Notes: generated from the sequence alone by a model not told the origin. Shown: positions 24,545 through 38,450, counted from the stretch's first letter. The stretch is DNA of 64,000 nucleotides from Octopus sinensis (GCF_006345805.1 NC_043004.1:25234001-25298000); one strand, 5' to 3'. Numbers and translations are program-made.

Positions 24545-26378
24545 TCATCATCATCATCATCATTTAACGTCCGCTTTCCATGCTAGCATGGGTTGGACGG
24601 TTCAACTGGGGTCTGGGGAGCCCGAAAGCTGCACCAGTCCAGTCAGATCTGGCAGTGTTTCTACAGCTGGATGCCCTTCCTAACGCCAACCACTCCGAGA
24701 GTGTAGTGGGTGATTTTATGTGCCACCGACACAGGTGCCAGACGAGGCTGGCAAACGGCCACGCTCGGATGGTGTTTTTTATGTGCCACCGACACAGGTG
24801 CCAGACGAGGCTGGCAGACGGCCACGCTCGGATGGTGTTTTTATGTGCCACCGACACAGGTGCCAGATGAGGCTGGCAAACGGCCACGATCGGATGGTGT
24901 TTGTTACGTGCCCACAGCACGGAGGCCAGTCGATGCGGTACTGGCTACGGCCACGTTCGGATGGTTTTCTTGTGTGCCACGTGCCACCGGCACTGGTACC
25001 ACAAAGATACAAATTCCATTGATGTTCATCTATTTTGATTTGTTTTGATTTTCACTTGCCTCAACAGGTCTTCACAAGTGTCACAAGAAGGAAGGTATGC
25101 ACAGGTGGACTGACTACGTCCCAGGTAGGGGCCACAGGTTATGGCCTGACTAGTCTTGCCGGGTCTTCGGATGGTGTTTTTATGTGCCACCGACACAGGT
25201 GCCAGATGAGGCTGGCGAACGGCCACGATCGGATGGTGTTTGTTACGTGCCAGTCGGTGCGGTACTGGCTACGGCCACGTTCGGATGGTTTTCTTGTGTG
25301 CCACCGGCACTGGTACCACAAAGATACAATTTCATTAATGTTCATCTATTTTGATTTGTTTTGATTTGATTTGATTTGATTTGTTTTGATTTCATTTTGA
25401 TTTTCACTTGCCTCAACAGGCCTTCACAAGTATCACAAGGAGGAAGGTATGCACAGGTGGACTGACTACGTCCCAGGTAGGGGCCATGGGATATGGCCTG
25501 ACTAGTCTTCGGATGGTGTTTTTATGTGCCACCGACACAGGTGCTAGATGAGGCTGGCGAACGCCACGATCGGATGGTGTTTGTTATGTGCCCACAGCAC
25601 GATGGCCAGTCGATGCGGTACTGACTACGGCCACGTTCGGATGGATTTCTTGTGTGCCACAGGCACTGGTACCACAAAGATACAAATTCCATTGATGTTC
25701 ATCTATTTTGATTTGATTTGATTTGATTTTCACTTGCCTCAACAGGTCTTCACAAGTGTCACAAGAAGGAAGGTATGCACAGGTGGACTGACTAGTCTTG
25801 CCGGGTCTTCGGAAGGTGTTTTTATGTGCCACCGACACAGGTGCCAGATGAGGCTGGCGAACGGCCATGATCGGATGGTGTTTGTTACGTGCCCACAGCA
25901 CGGAGGCCGGTCGATGCGGAACTGGCTACGGCCACGTTCGGATGGTTTTCTTGTGTGCCACCGGCACTGGTACCACAAAGTGTGTGCCACCGGCACTGGT
26001 ACCACAAAGATACAGATTCCATTGATGTTCATCTATTTTGATTTGTTTTGATTTTCACTTGCCTCAACAGGTTTTCACAAGTGTCACAAGAAGGAAGGTA
26101 TGCACAGGTGGACTGACTACGTCCCAGGTAGGGGCCATGGGTTATGGCCTGACTAGTCTTGCCGGGTCTTCGGATGGTGTTTTTATGTGCCACCGACACA
26201 GGTGCTAGATGAGGCTGGCGAACAGCCACGATCGGATGGTGTTTGTCATGTGCCTACAGCACGGAGGCCAGTCGATGCGGTACTGGCTACGGCCACTTTC
26301 GGATGGTTTTCTCTTGTGTGCCACCGGCACTGGTACCACAAAGATACAAACATCTATTTTGATTTGTTTTGATTTGAT
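24545..26378 (-). repeat. RTE 3' UTR-derived higher-order tandem array (~300-360 bp units, 4 complete plus 1 partial)
   Basis: Unit starts near 24830, 25170, 25511, 25811 and 26171. Each has 60-70 bp sub-repeats, (GATTT)n and an RTE post-ORF segment. There is a single (GAT)n tail at ~24545. Confidence 0.85.
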
Positions 26379-28024
26379 GCTATAAGAATTTTGTCCAGAA
26401 CACTAATGATTCAGCCAGTTCGAGTCTTAATAATAATAATAATGATGATGATGATAAATTTTATTTTTGCTATCAGGATAATGGATATGAGGAAATTCTA
26501 GAGGACGGGTTACACTAAGTGATGGAGAGGGAGGGGGTATGCACAATAAACTGTCACCTAGGATCAATCAAAGGACTCTCCAAATCCAAGTTTACTTTGA
26601 CTATGAAGGGTAAGAGCCCTTTCCCAACTGTCATTTCCTGACCTTACAGACTGAGAGTATACATCTTCATTCAGATTATGCTCACCACTTTCACTGACTT
26701 ACCTACAAATTTAATGAGAAATTGCTCTTTTTTCTCCACCTTCACCTACCTTTCTAAATGGGACTTGAAGGCTTGGCTGAGAGTGTCTTCAAACCTATCA
26801 AACACATACTTGTCACACAACTTCATTCACCTCAGCTACCAGGCAAAGAAAACTGGTTGGAGGAAAGTGACAACAGGATTTTCATGATAGTCAGATCCAT
26901 TCTATGTTGACAACCACAGTTTGACAAAATCCAACAAGTTAGAAATGTGCAGGCTCTTAAATGAGACTTCATGCTTCTGCATACATCTCAGACAGGCATG
27001 GCTCATAGCACTTCTCTTCCTGTAGAGTTCATCATAAACTAAGAATTCCCACTCCTAGAAGCAATGACAGTCTAGGGATTTCTGGAAGTTATAGGTTCTA
27101 ATTGGTTCTTACTGGTATCTAGTATTTTGCAAAAAATGTTGTTTATCTTCCTAATAGTAGTTTCCTAAAAAGCTAAAATAGTAGTTTCATTGATTGCATT
27201 ACTTCACTAGTATCTGTAAATTTCAGATGACACTCCAGACATTAGGTGTCCCGTGTAGGTATTTACTTGACCCAGGACAGCAGTCACATATATGAAAACT
27301 GTGGAAAAATGTACATGACAAAAGACAGCTACATCTGCTCACTATCTAAAAATCTTCAGTGCACGTCTGTGCATCATCAGCCACAACATGCTACACGGAT
27401 GATTGCAGCAAAAGGATTAGTGGAATACTTCCCTTCCACAAAGAGTGAAAGAGAATGCTCCGATCACATCAAACAAAAACTAGAGTAAGGTATGATAGCC
27501 AGGTGTTAATATAGGATACAAATGTATACATTAACTGCTTCTGCCTGATCTTTCAGAGAAAGCTTCCACTCAGCCTATTTCTAGATGAGACTGGCCACCC
27601 TGATTGTAAATTTATTGGTACAGTATCCTATGATGCAGGCTCAAGGAACAGACCTTCTCCAAGTGTTGAGCTACAAGCCCACTGATTTGACTGGACTGGT
27701 CTTTGCTCCTGTTACTGCTTCATATTGCTTAAGTAAAGTGCCACCAACTGACTTTCATAATACCCAACACCATTACAATCCCATTGAACTGCTTTAATCC
27801 TATATTGTGTTTATAATCCTATAATAGTGTTTCTAAAGTAATAAACTAAAAAAATGCCTAAATCCATGGTCTTAATTTAAAGAAACATAGCCATTTTGTT
27901 TTTGGAATGGGAGTCATAAGTTTAAAAAAGTTTTTATGGCAAAAACCTACTTTCAATACTTCCAAACAACCAACAGACTTTCTTTTTGAAAACAATGCAT
28001 GTGGACATATTGATGGAAAATGTG

Positions 28025-28400
28025 AAACAGCTGTGTGGTAAGTAGCTTGCTTATCAACCACAAAGTTCCGGGTTCATTCTCACTGCATGGCACCTTGGGC
28101 AAGTGTCTTCTACTATAGCCTTGGTCCAACCAAAGCCTTGTGAGTGGATTTGGTAGACAGAAACTGAAAGAAACCTGCTGTGTATATATATATGTGTGTG
28201 TGTCTGTGTTTGTCTCCCTAACACCGCTTGACAACTGATGATGGTGTGTTTACATCCCCATAACTTAGCGGTTCGGCAAAAGAGACCGATAGAATAAGTA
28301 CTAGGCTTACAAAGAATAAGTCCTGGGGTCAATTTGCTCGATTAAAGGCGATGCTCCAGCATGGCCACAGTCAAATGACTGAAACAAGTAAAAGAGTAAA
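28025..28400 (+). mobile_element. SINE family A, full-length
   Basis: tRNA-like head (gctgtgtggtaagtagcttgc...ccgggttca), internal (TA)(TG)n and a gactgaaacaagtaaaagagt end. Confidence 0.9.
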
Positions 28401-30599
28401 GTTACAAGGTATGTGCAAATATCTTTTTCACTATTTCACAAGACTATTTAAACTTATTAAGTAAAATTGCTAGTGGATCTTGATAGAAAAGCATGCAAAA
28501 TGTTGCTTTTATGCTTTGTCATTTTCAAGTAACACCATACACTCTAGCATAATTACATGTCGAAAACGAATGTAAATAGTGAGAACTGATCATTTTAGGA
28601 TTTCTGAGTAACTTTGTAAAGGTTTGTATGTCATTTGTCACCTTTCAGATGAAAGTGCAGCAATTTCTATGGTAAAAAGAAATGTAGCAAGAGTTTTTTG
28701 TTTTTAACTCATTTAAAACATGTCCTCTTAATGGTTGAAAATATTTCAGCCAAAATCATTCTAGATTTTAGATACAATTGTTCTAAAAAGAATTACGGAA
28801 CGCTTCTAGAAACTTCCATGGGAAGTTATAAAAGCCTGGGTTTTTTCCAATTTTAGCCAGCTTGTCTTCTGGAAGCTGCCTACTCTCACAGTTAGTTATA
28901 TTCAAACGTTCTTGCTATGTTGATACCAGACATTTGCTTTCCTCCACAATAACCTTAAGTCATATATCTGACTTTTCTTTAAATTAGTTAAAAGAAACTA
29001 GATAAGAGATTCAATTCTTGTCATCTCTAAAAGAATTAGATTTGATTTTCGATCATGCTCAGGTTTCTTACGCGCTTCTTTATTGACGAAGGGAGATTAC
29101 TCAGTTTATATGTAACCGTAATTGAATGTAGTAAAATAAACGAGAATCGAAAGGAAATATGTTGGAATTGATGTTTAAACATTTCTCAACAAATGTATTT
29201 TAACGACGCTTGACACTTTACCAACAGCATGTATGAAAGAACTGTGTCACTCACAACACATTGTGTCCATCTGAATATATTATCAACCATAAAATAAGTT
29301 GAAGACATCCATGTGTTGAATTGAAACAAATGTCTAAACATGCTTACTTCTCTCAAAAAGAATGAGTTATTTCCTTTCCTACTTCATTTTTGTATCTGGT
29401 TTGCAAGATTCGTTATGTGAATTCTTGTGTTGAAACAAATTTTGTTGTGTCTAGGGAGAGCCAGTACACCAATAAAATTAACATGCATTAGTTCAGTTCT
29501 ACTCCATTATCATAGTCAATTCTACTCCATTATCATCAAACTAATCGATTATTTGTTTAACTTGGTTAAACAATAAGTTGTTAGTCAAAGTTCTTTTGTT
29601 GCAATGTGCAGCCTTTTCAACGACTGTCTTCTTAGTCCATTATGGAGGTCACATTTGTCTACCTGAGACCTTGTTGCATGTGTGTGCGTGTGCTTGTATA
29701 TGTATATATTCTTCTGCATATTCATGTGTCTGTGCATTCTGCTTCCTTGTGTGTGTGTGTGTGTGGCTGTTGTATATGTATGTATGGTCATGTGTGTCTG
29801 TACTGCCTATTTACTTACCTATGTATGTACCTACCCACCAATTTGCTTGCCTATCTTCCCACCTATCTACCTACCTACATAATTAACTAGGTAACTAACA
29901 ATCTATATAACTACCCTAATCACCTAAAACCTATCTACCTACCTATTTACTTACTTGACTGCCTATTTATGAATGTGCCTATGTATTGCCCAATGTGCTA
30001 TGCAGTGGGGACTGACCCAGGAACCATGTGGTTGGGAACTTCTTACCACACAGCCACTCCTACCACTTAGTTGGATATTTAACCAATTGACTAATAATAA
30101 AGGAATGGAATGAACCAGTGCATCTGTTAAAAATATTGGCATCTCCCTAGATACAACAAAATTTCCCTTACCAATCATTGCATATAACTTCTTTTTCTAT
30201 TATGGTGACAATCATAGATTATATATAGCCTAGTGGCATACCACATTCCTTATATTTACAAGTCTAATTCACCAATATTCTAAACAGTCTAAATTTCAAG
30301 CAATGTCAACAACATTCATTTTAAAAGCCATCATAGATGTTGCTACCATCAACAGTTAACTATATTCTCCCTATCTTCATATTTGCTGAGAGAGATCTGC
30401 AGTCCAGAGTCTTTATAACTTTTCTGCTCTAAATCGTCTTTGATCTACTTCTCCCACAGCAACAAAGGACAAACTTGAATTTAAAAACAAAAGAAATCAA
30501 TGAATGAAACAAACATGATGTCATTGAAAATAATTAACAGACTACACCTAATTAACAATATGAATTCAAAAAACAAAGTTTAGCAAAGTTAAGAATTAC

Positions 30600-30727
30600 C
30601 TCGTTTCAGGTTGGTGGTGTAAGCACGAACACCTTTAATTAGATTCCATGCTTTCATGGTTTTATCTTTGGATACAGTGAAGGCTAATTTGCCTGAAGGA
30701 TGGACAGCAAGGCAGTTAATACCTGCT
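30600..30727 (-). CDS. PAK1IP1: PAK1IP1 exon 4 (AGINCLAVHPSGKLAFTVSKDKTMKAWNLIKGVRAYTTNLKR)
   Basis: ttttatttcag acceptor, GTAATT donor, 128 nt, phase 2 to 1. Contains the family-diagnostic HPSGKLA...DKT...WNL..G motif. Confidence 0.95.
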
Positions 30728-31766
30728 CTGAAATAAAATTTAAAAATCAAGAATTACAATTTGCTCTTTTGTGTCCATACTTCAAATGAAATACATTGAC
30801 TATGTGATTCAATTTATTTTTTAAATAAATCAAGAATTTGGAGGCATTGGGTAAAATAATATTTTCCTTATTTAATTCGTGTTTTTAGAGAAATTATGAT
30901 GGAAAGTATGAAAATCTTCAAACAAGTGGTTTTTGTATAAACAAATTTGAAGCAGTCTCAGATGGAATGGTATTACATAATTTCCATGCAGATTTAGCAG
31001 GACATGAAAGTGCTAGAAATATACAAGGTTAGACCTTCAAATTACTTGTACAGGTCATCCAACATGCTTTCACAGTTCCACTAACGAGATAGACTGATTT
31101 GAGGCTATAGTAGAAGACACTTGCTTCACACAATGGGGATAAATTCAGAATCTGAACTTCTTGACATTGTGCATAAATGTCTATCAACATATAGTAAACC
31201 ATCTCCTTGTAAAACAGCAGGTAGAATTAAACTATTTAAATCATAAATGACATACAAACTAACGAATCAGAATAACATTCAATAATGCAAAATCTCGGTT
31301 GATGAGCTTGATACCAAATATTTCTGATAGAGGACTAAAAGAAAAAAATTTGTTATATGTTAACTTTGAATTTATTCCAATCAAATAACAATTGCAACAG
31401 TTCACCTTTTGTTGAATGAAATTGGATACAGCAGAATTGTTTAATTAATAGTTAATACAACAGGAAATTTGCTTGCTATGTTGCATTAGAGCAACATTTA
31501 TAGAATTAATTTGCTTCTTGCAATTAATTCTAAAGGCAGCGAGCTGGCAGAAACGATAGCAGTCCAGGCTAAAGGGAACTTTTAAATTCTCATCTTCAGA
31601 CCAAGGAATTTACTAGCTAGACTTACTGTAGAATTTTCTATTGTGTCATATCTTACTGAAAGGTCTCTTGTGAAAAGATCCACTTGAAATACCTTGTCAA
31701 ATAAAGCATATCAAATTTGTAAGCTGCTTGATCAGAATAAAATAACTGGAATAAAGTTAAACTTAC

Positions 31767-31887
31767 TTGTGTCCTCTAAAGACACGTAGACATTCCCAAG
31801 TGACTGTCTGGAACAAACACATGGTACCATCTTCACTACATGTGAACAGGTGACTACCTTGATGAAATTGTAGGTGGGTTAAAGAAC
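31767..31887 (-). CDS. PAK1IP1: PAK1IP1 exon 3 (GSLTHLQFHQGSHLFTCSEDGTMCLFQTVTWECLRVFRGHK)
   Basis: tttttgcag acceptor, GTAAGT donor, 121 nt, phase 1 to 2. WD40 repeat. Confidence 0.93.
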
Positions 31888-32589
31888 CTGCAAAAACAGA
31901 AAAAGTGCTAGTAATATACAGGATTATCAACAGTACTTGCCTAAATAATTATATTTAGTCAAATTATTTACCCCCAAACCCCATAAGTTTGCATGGATTG
32001 GAAAAGCCGATAACATCCAAGTTGAAGGACTGCAATTTGCTCTGAAGTCTCAGTTTTAGCATAGTTTCTTTGGTTGGATATCTTTCCAATCAACTATTTT
32101 ACAATGTACTGGGTGTTTTTTTGTGGTACTGCACAAGAGGAGTAGCCTTGAACTTGCAAAAACTAAAAAGACCCTGCAAGTGAGAGAGAGAGAGAGAAGA
32201 CTTGGTGAGGTGAAGTGAAATGATAACGTATAAAAACAGGAACAGATTTCTTGCTGCAAGAGAGACTCTGCTGGTGAAAATAGACAAGTATCACTTTAAA
32301 ATTTTCTCATTAAATGTGGTAATATTAGCTATTCAATAAAATAATTGAATTTGCAACACATATATTTTAAGAAACTACCAAACACCTCAACACCTACCAG
32401 TCCGGTGAACACACAAACTTTACATCTTTCTCAGTTCTTGAAACATATATATATATATATATATGTGTATATATATATATATGAAGCAAACTTTTTACCG
32501 CACAGCCATGCCTGCACTTTTGTGTGTTTGTATTTTTATAGAAAGTTGTTTAGGAGACCCAAAAGCACAAGGTATTAAAATCACTAATG

Positions 32590-33200
32590 CATACCTTTCC
32601 TTCTTGGGACACAAAACCCTACTTGTGAAGACCTGTTGAGGCAAGTGAAAATCAAAATCTAAATCAACATCAATGGAAATAGCAGCAGTGATACCAGTGC
32701 CGGTGGTACATAAGAGAACCATCCGAACATGGCCGTTGCCAGCGCCACCCCAAACTGGCCTCCGGTGGCACGTAAAAAGCACCATCCGATCGTGGCCGTT
32801 GCCAGCCTTGACTGGCCTCCTTGTCGGCGGCACGTAAAATGCACCATCCAATTGTGGCTGTTTGCCAGCCTTGCCTGGCACCTGTGCCGGTGGCACGTAA
32901 AAAGCACCATCTGATCGTGGCCGTTGCCAGCCTTGACTGGCCTGTGCCAGTGGTACATAAAAAGCACCATCCAACTGTGGCCGTTTGCCAGACTCGCCTG
33001 GCACCTGTGCCGGTGGCACGTTAAAAGCACCCACTACACTCATGGAGTGGTTGGCGTTAGGAAGGGCATCCAGCTGTAGAAACATTGCCAGATCATACTG
33101 GGCCTGGTGCAGCCCCCTGGCTTCCCAGACCCCAGTTGAACCGTCCAACCCATGCTAGCATGGAAAGCGGACGCTAAACGATGATGATGATGATGATGAT
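32590..33200 (+). mobile_element. RTE-family 3' UTR fragment with internal tandem units
   Basis: gtgaagacctgttgaggcaagtgaaaatc start, ~60 bp units, family end plus (GAT)n. A second short tail copy follows at ~33230-33405. Confidence 0.85.
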
Positions 33201-33456
33201 GATATATATATATATATATATATGCTGGTAACATGCAAAAGACACCCAGTACACTCTACGGGGTAGGTGCTGTTAGGAAGGGCATCCAGCTGTTGAAATC
33301 AAAACCAAAAAGACTGGAGCTTGGCGCAGCTCTCCAGGTTACCAGTTCCAGTCAAACTGTCTAACCCATGCCAGTATGGAAAACAGACTTTAAATGATGA
33401 TGATGATATATATATATACAAAAATACACGCACATACATATAAAGATATAATATAC

Positions 33457-33625
33457 CTTCATGCTGAACGAGAGAGCCAATCATCTTCCGAGAATTGAGA
33501 TTGAACAACCATACATTTTCATCTGTACCGCCTGAGGCCAGGAAATTCCGGTTGTTTGACGTAGCCACATTTCTGACACAACCTGAATGAGAATGGTCTG
33601 TGAAACTTTCCTCAAGTTGCCAATT
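33457..33625 (-). CDS. PAK1IP1: PAK1IP1 exon 2 (NWQLEESFTDHSHSGCVRNVATSNNRNFLASGGTDENVWLFNLNSRKMIGSLVQHE-G)
   Basis: tttactttcag acceptor, GTATAT donor, 169 nt, phase 0 to 1. WD40 repeat matching the PAK1IP1 FTHHAH...GSKDE motif; lies within ORF 33299..33673. Confidence 0.93.
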
Positions 33626-34229
33626 CTGAAAGTAAATAAATGAAGTGAATAAACACCACAATAATGAATACATTCCAACGACTTACTGTTAACACTTTGA
33701 TACATTCAGTATCTCTTAAATTCTTACATTATAATCAAGTTATTTTTATCTCAATTAAAAAACTTCCGGACCTCAAAAGCATGAAAATTAAGTTAGTAGT
33801 AATATTTAGTAATTAACCCTTTACCATTCACATTATTCTGTTAAAAGTAATTTTTATTTATTCACATTATTTTGAATTAACCATGCATTATTTTGTAGCT
33901 TTGAGATTTTGATGAGCTAACTTAATTTTTAGAATGATATTGTAGGATTGGTGTGAGAGGCCAGATCTGGCCAGTTTGAGCATAAAACAGTATGCTAAAG
34001 GATTAATCTCCTTGAATTTGAGTGGAGGATTTCTTTAAAACATTATCAATTAGAATCAATGATTCTACAGAATCACATAAAATCCAAAAATAAGAAAATT
34101 TTAAATAAAATAACTTTTTCTTAATTTACATTATTTTAGTAATAATTTGATATTATTGATGATATGTAAACATCAAGAGAGATTTGCATAATAACATTAT
34201 GACAGAGCAATCATTATTTGTTGGAGCTC

Positions 34230-34620
34230 TCCAAGTGAAAGTGCCTTCTTAGGTTAGCTAGGCCCATATACTTCTCTTTAGGGTCAGAAGATATTTCAGC
34301 TCCCGACAACTGATGACAATCTACAAAGCTCAAGTGAGGCCGACAAAGGAGCACTGCACCCACATCTGAGGTAGTGCTGCAGCTGTGCACACAGACATCT
34401 TAGATCATACCCACAGAAAGGTCACTCAAGCTGACTGACATCCCATTGTCAACAGACACACTTCAGCCTCCCATCCCCAAGAGTACTGTCTCCTTTCTGT
34501 CTTTTCTATTGCACTGATAATAACCTTTACTCTTTGGAGCAAACCAGTCTCATATCTCCACTACTCAGGCACTCACTGACGTTCAACACTGTCTTTTCCA
34601 ATCCTTCCTCTCCACAACAT
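34230..34620 (+). mobile_element. Degenerate CR1/L2-group LINE RT C-terminal fragment
   Basis: Translates to QLMTIYKAQVRPTKEHCTHI*GSA, resembling the LYKAQVRP.MEYCSHIW motif of CR1/L2-group elements. Confidence 0.6.
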
Positions 34621-35594
34621 TATCCCTCTGGTATTTCCTCTTCAGTCTATGCCTTTGCTGAAAATGTTGATCAATCTCACCAGTCTTGGAGGGCCTGCAA
34701 GGGTCATGGGCATATCCTGGCTATGTTTTATTTTTTACTAAGTTTCTATGGCTGAATGCCCTTCTGAACATCAACCATTTTACAGAGACTATTGAATAAT
34801 TTTTATTGTGGTCCCAGCACTAGAGAAGTGTCATTTCCTCATGGCAAAAGAGATTTCAAAATGCTACATCACCTGCTCAGTCTTTTCATAGAGAGAAGTA
34901 TGATAGAGGCATGAATGAGTGTGTGATGAGAATGATTTGTGATAGAGGTAAGAGTAATAGGAATATTCAGTATTCCAAGATAGGTGCATATATTTAAGGC
35001 AAGATGACTGAATTACTGAATATAGTTTCAGGTAGGGGTCTGCAGCCATGCTGGAAGCATTGCCATCATTTTCTTTTACAGTAAAATCCCATAGCAGCCG
35101 AACCCTGCATCTATGGATAAGCATGGACAGATGCTACAAACAGTGTCATAACAATTCTTATGAAAAGTTTGAATACTAATTTGCTTTAATGCTGTTGTCT
35201 CAAACTAATTTGGCACCAGACAGAGAGAAGGAGATGGTGAAAACCATGAAGTTGACAGATGACAGGAAAAGATGGAGGAAGGAGATTGTTCCACTTGAAT
35301 ACATGCAAACTTTGTAGGTTATAGAACTTGATGGAATATAATACCCATAAGAATCTGACAAAAAGACATAAGCGTAAAAACCAGGAGCTACTAGATGATG
35401 ACAGGATCATATTGAACAAACATCAGGGTAAACCAGGTTTCATAATTATCATCATTCCAACATCTACTTGTTCATGCTTGTATGGATTGGATGGAATATG
35501 TTGAAGCAAATTTTGTATGGCTGGATGCCCATCCTGTTGCTAACTCTCATCTGTTTCCCCATGAACAAATATTTTCATAGAAGATTGAGAATGA

Positions 35595-36172
35595 AAGATA
35601 ACACTTGAATGAGGTGACACTTGTTTACAACCATCATGATGTCATGGCAAGGAGACAGTAACATATATACATGCACAATGGACTTCTTTCAATTTCCCCC
35701 GGTCAAATCCACCTACAAGGCTTTGGTCAGCCTGGGGCTATAATAGAAAACATTTGCTGGCATTCCTTCGTTTTAACTTGACAAAATCATAACAAGACCT
35801 TGGTTGTTTCTATGGCAACTCAACAACTCACTTCGGATATCTTCATGACATCCAAAAATTTGCGGATTTTACATACACACATGAAGCAGGTAAGAACAAA
35901 TAAGCATACTGTCAAGGAGGTCACGAAGATATCCGAAGTGAAATGTCGAGTTGACAGGGAAACAACCGAGGACTTGTTATGGTTTTGTCGAGTTAAAACG
36001 AAGGAATACCAGCAAGTGTTTTCTATTATAGCCCCAGGCTGACCAAAGCCTTGTAGGTGGATTTGACCGGGGGAAGTTGAAAGAAATCCATTGTGCATGT
36101 ATATGTTACTGTTTCCTTGCCATGACATCACAGTAGTTGTAAACAAGTGTCACCTCATTCAAGCGGTATCTT
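35595..36172. repeat. Long inverted repeat (~258 bp arms, 62 nt spacer) in PAK1IP1 intron 1
   Basis: Arm 35595-35853 is the reverse complement of 35916-36172, with roughly 10-15% divergence estimated by eye. Confidence 0.9.
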
Positions 36173-36804
36173 GAAGGAACGCCCACTTGCCCAAGGTGCT
36201 ACACAGTGGGATTGAACCCAAAACTATGTGGTAGGGAAGCAAACTTCTTACCATACACCCAATTTTAGAACAAGTTCTTTGTTATTCCTTCATAGTTTCA
36301 ATTATACTTAACCCTTTTGCATTTAAACCGTCCATATCTGGCCAAAACATTCTACATGTTTTATGTTCAAACTGGCCAGATCTGGCCTCACACAATCTCT
36401 ACAATGTCATTCTGAAAAGAAACCATCACATCATTGAAATCTCCAAGCTATGAGATAATGCATGATTAATTCAAAACAATGTGAATAAATAAGCATTACT
36501 TTTAAGAGAGTATTTTGAATGTTAAAGGATTAATGCCCAAGTTTCACTGAACTAATGAGACGACACCTAAGAATGGTCAAAATCCAGTGGCTGGAACCAG
36601 TAAGGAACTGATTTTATTTGTTGGTTGCTCAATTTAAATTTGTGTGATAGGACAAAACTCAGATGCTGTTACATTATTTCTGTAGATTCAACCAGATTAT
36701 CTTCTGCACCTTATACAACCTGTGATATTTTTTGTGGAATTTTCAGAAAACTTCTATAAATTTGTGTTCTATACACGGGAATACATACAACTATTAAGAA
36801 ATAT

Positions 36805-37200
36805 TCTCTTTACTCTTTTACTTATTTCAGGCATTTAACTGCGGCCAGGCTGGAGCACCGCCTTTAGTCGAGCAAATCGACCCCGGGACTTATTCTTTGT
36901 AAGCCCAGTACTTATTCTTTCGGTGTCTTTTGCCGAACCGCTATGTGACGGGGATGTAAACACACCAGCATCGGTTGTCAAGCAATGCTAGGGGGACAAA
37001 CACAGACACACAAACATATACACACATATACATATATACGACGGGCTTCTTTCAGTTTCTGTCTACCAAATCCACTCACAAAGCATTGGTCGGTCCGGGG
37101 CTATAGCAGAAGACACTTGCCCAAGATGCCATACAGTGGGACTGAACCCGGAACCATGTGGTTGGTAAGCAAGCTACTTACCACACAGCCACTCCTGCGC
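36805..37200 (-). mobile_element. SINE family A, full-length
   Basis: Reverse complement of the 28025 copy. Confidence 0.9.
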
Positions 37201-37962
37201 CTATATATCTATATATATTGTTAAATCAAAGTTTAAAATACTGACAATCCGAATTTATTTGCTTACATACCTGCAATGGACCACTCTTGTATGTATCATC
37301 ATTTCATTAAATGTGTTTATGGGGAGAAAAGAAAATTGAAAAACAACACGTCAACGTAACAATGGAATGAGGAAGGTATCAGGTGGTCATGAGTCGTGTA
37401 AAAATAACAGCTAAATCGCCCTTAAATCACACGTTAACTATTTTTCTTACTAGCAAGAACTTCTCTGAATTAGTCACGCAGTCTGTAAGAGTTCTCCCAA
37501 CTAGTGTTATTAAACATAGACATTGTAAAACAATAGAGTTAAAATGCGAATGTTTTCACAATACAATATTTTATAATCGAGATATTGACATTGTACAGCA
37601 GTCCAAAATGTATTGTTTTAATAGTTTCCTGATCACAAACTTAACCTTACGGAAAAGTGAACGGAGAAAAAGACTAGCGCTAAGGGTTTTCGTGGATTCA
37701 GAAACTGACTACCTAGCAACAACATACAGAATTGATATATTTGCATAAAAAGGGAATTAAAGCTATTATATAAGACACCGAAATACAGTTATCTATCTGT
37801 AAATTACATTTCCATCTTGTATTAAGATGTTGAATGCTCAAGAAGATATCTCCGCATACACATCTCATCTCATCTCTGCATTCTATCCCACGTGGTCAGA
37901 CAGTTACATCTCGCTGATGTTTTCTACATAGATAAAGTCCAATAAAAGAGTTTTCAACTTAC

Positions 37963-38043
37963 ATCACCAACAGCCGTTGCACGATAGGCTAATATCAATT
38001 CTTCGTATGTTCCGACAATTATTTCGATTATTGGACCTTCCAT
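37963..38043 (-). CDS. PAK1IP1: PAK1IP1/MAK11-like WD40 protein, coding exon 1 (MEGPIIEIIVGTYEELILAYRATAVGD)
   Basis: ATG at 38043, 81 nt, GTAAGT donor. Peptide resembles the PAK1IP1 N-terminus (human MELVAGCYEQVLFGF, from memory). Confidence 0.9.
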
Positions 38044-38305
38044 TACAAATTTTCAGGGAACTCAGTCCCAGCACAATGGCTGTTTCCTACAACGTATGCT
38101 GAAAACGTCACACAGTTGGTTGTTAACGTCATTATATGTTCTGTTTTGAAAAAGATTATTTTCGTATTTTAGTTTCGTATTTTTAAGTTCACGAGAAAAA
38201 TATTTTTCAGACAAGAATCAATATCACAAATTTTTTTTCTCTTTTGTTAGAAATTTGATTATTTTCATGCAAATTCTAAAATATTTTCACATCTATTGCT
38301 TTTTC

Positions 38306-38336
<31 letters not shown>

Positions 38337-38444
38337 TTACATTACTACAGTGAAAGCGCATTTACGATCGTTAGGACGTGGGTTCGTGTTTTGGAACAGG
38401 TAGTGCATTGTGCCCTTGTACAAGACTTTATTTCACAGCATAAA

Positions 38445-38450
<6 letters not shown>
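38044..38450 (-). promoter_or_regulatory. 5' UTR/proximal promoter region of PAK1IP1
   Basis: Unique, CpG-containing sequence between the ATG and the start of the retrotransposon island. Inferred from position only. Confidence 0.5.

Noticed and set aside
24564-26372. Overlapping ORFs and a repeat-spacer look suggesting a CRISPR array or repeat protein
   Set aside because: The intervening segments are themselves repeated, the context is eukaryotic, there are no cas genes, and the sequence derives from an RTE 3' UTR.
37270-37320. Alternative first exon of PAK1IP1 (CAG/GTATGT donor on the minus strand)
   Set aside because: The conserved N-terminus is already encoded by 37963-38043, and this segment has no homologous coding content.
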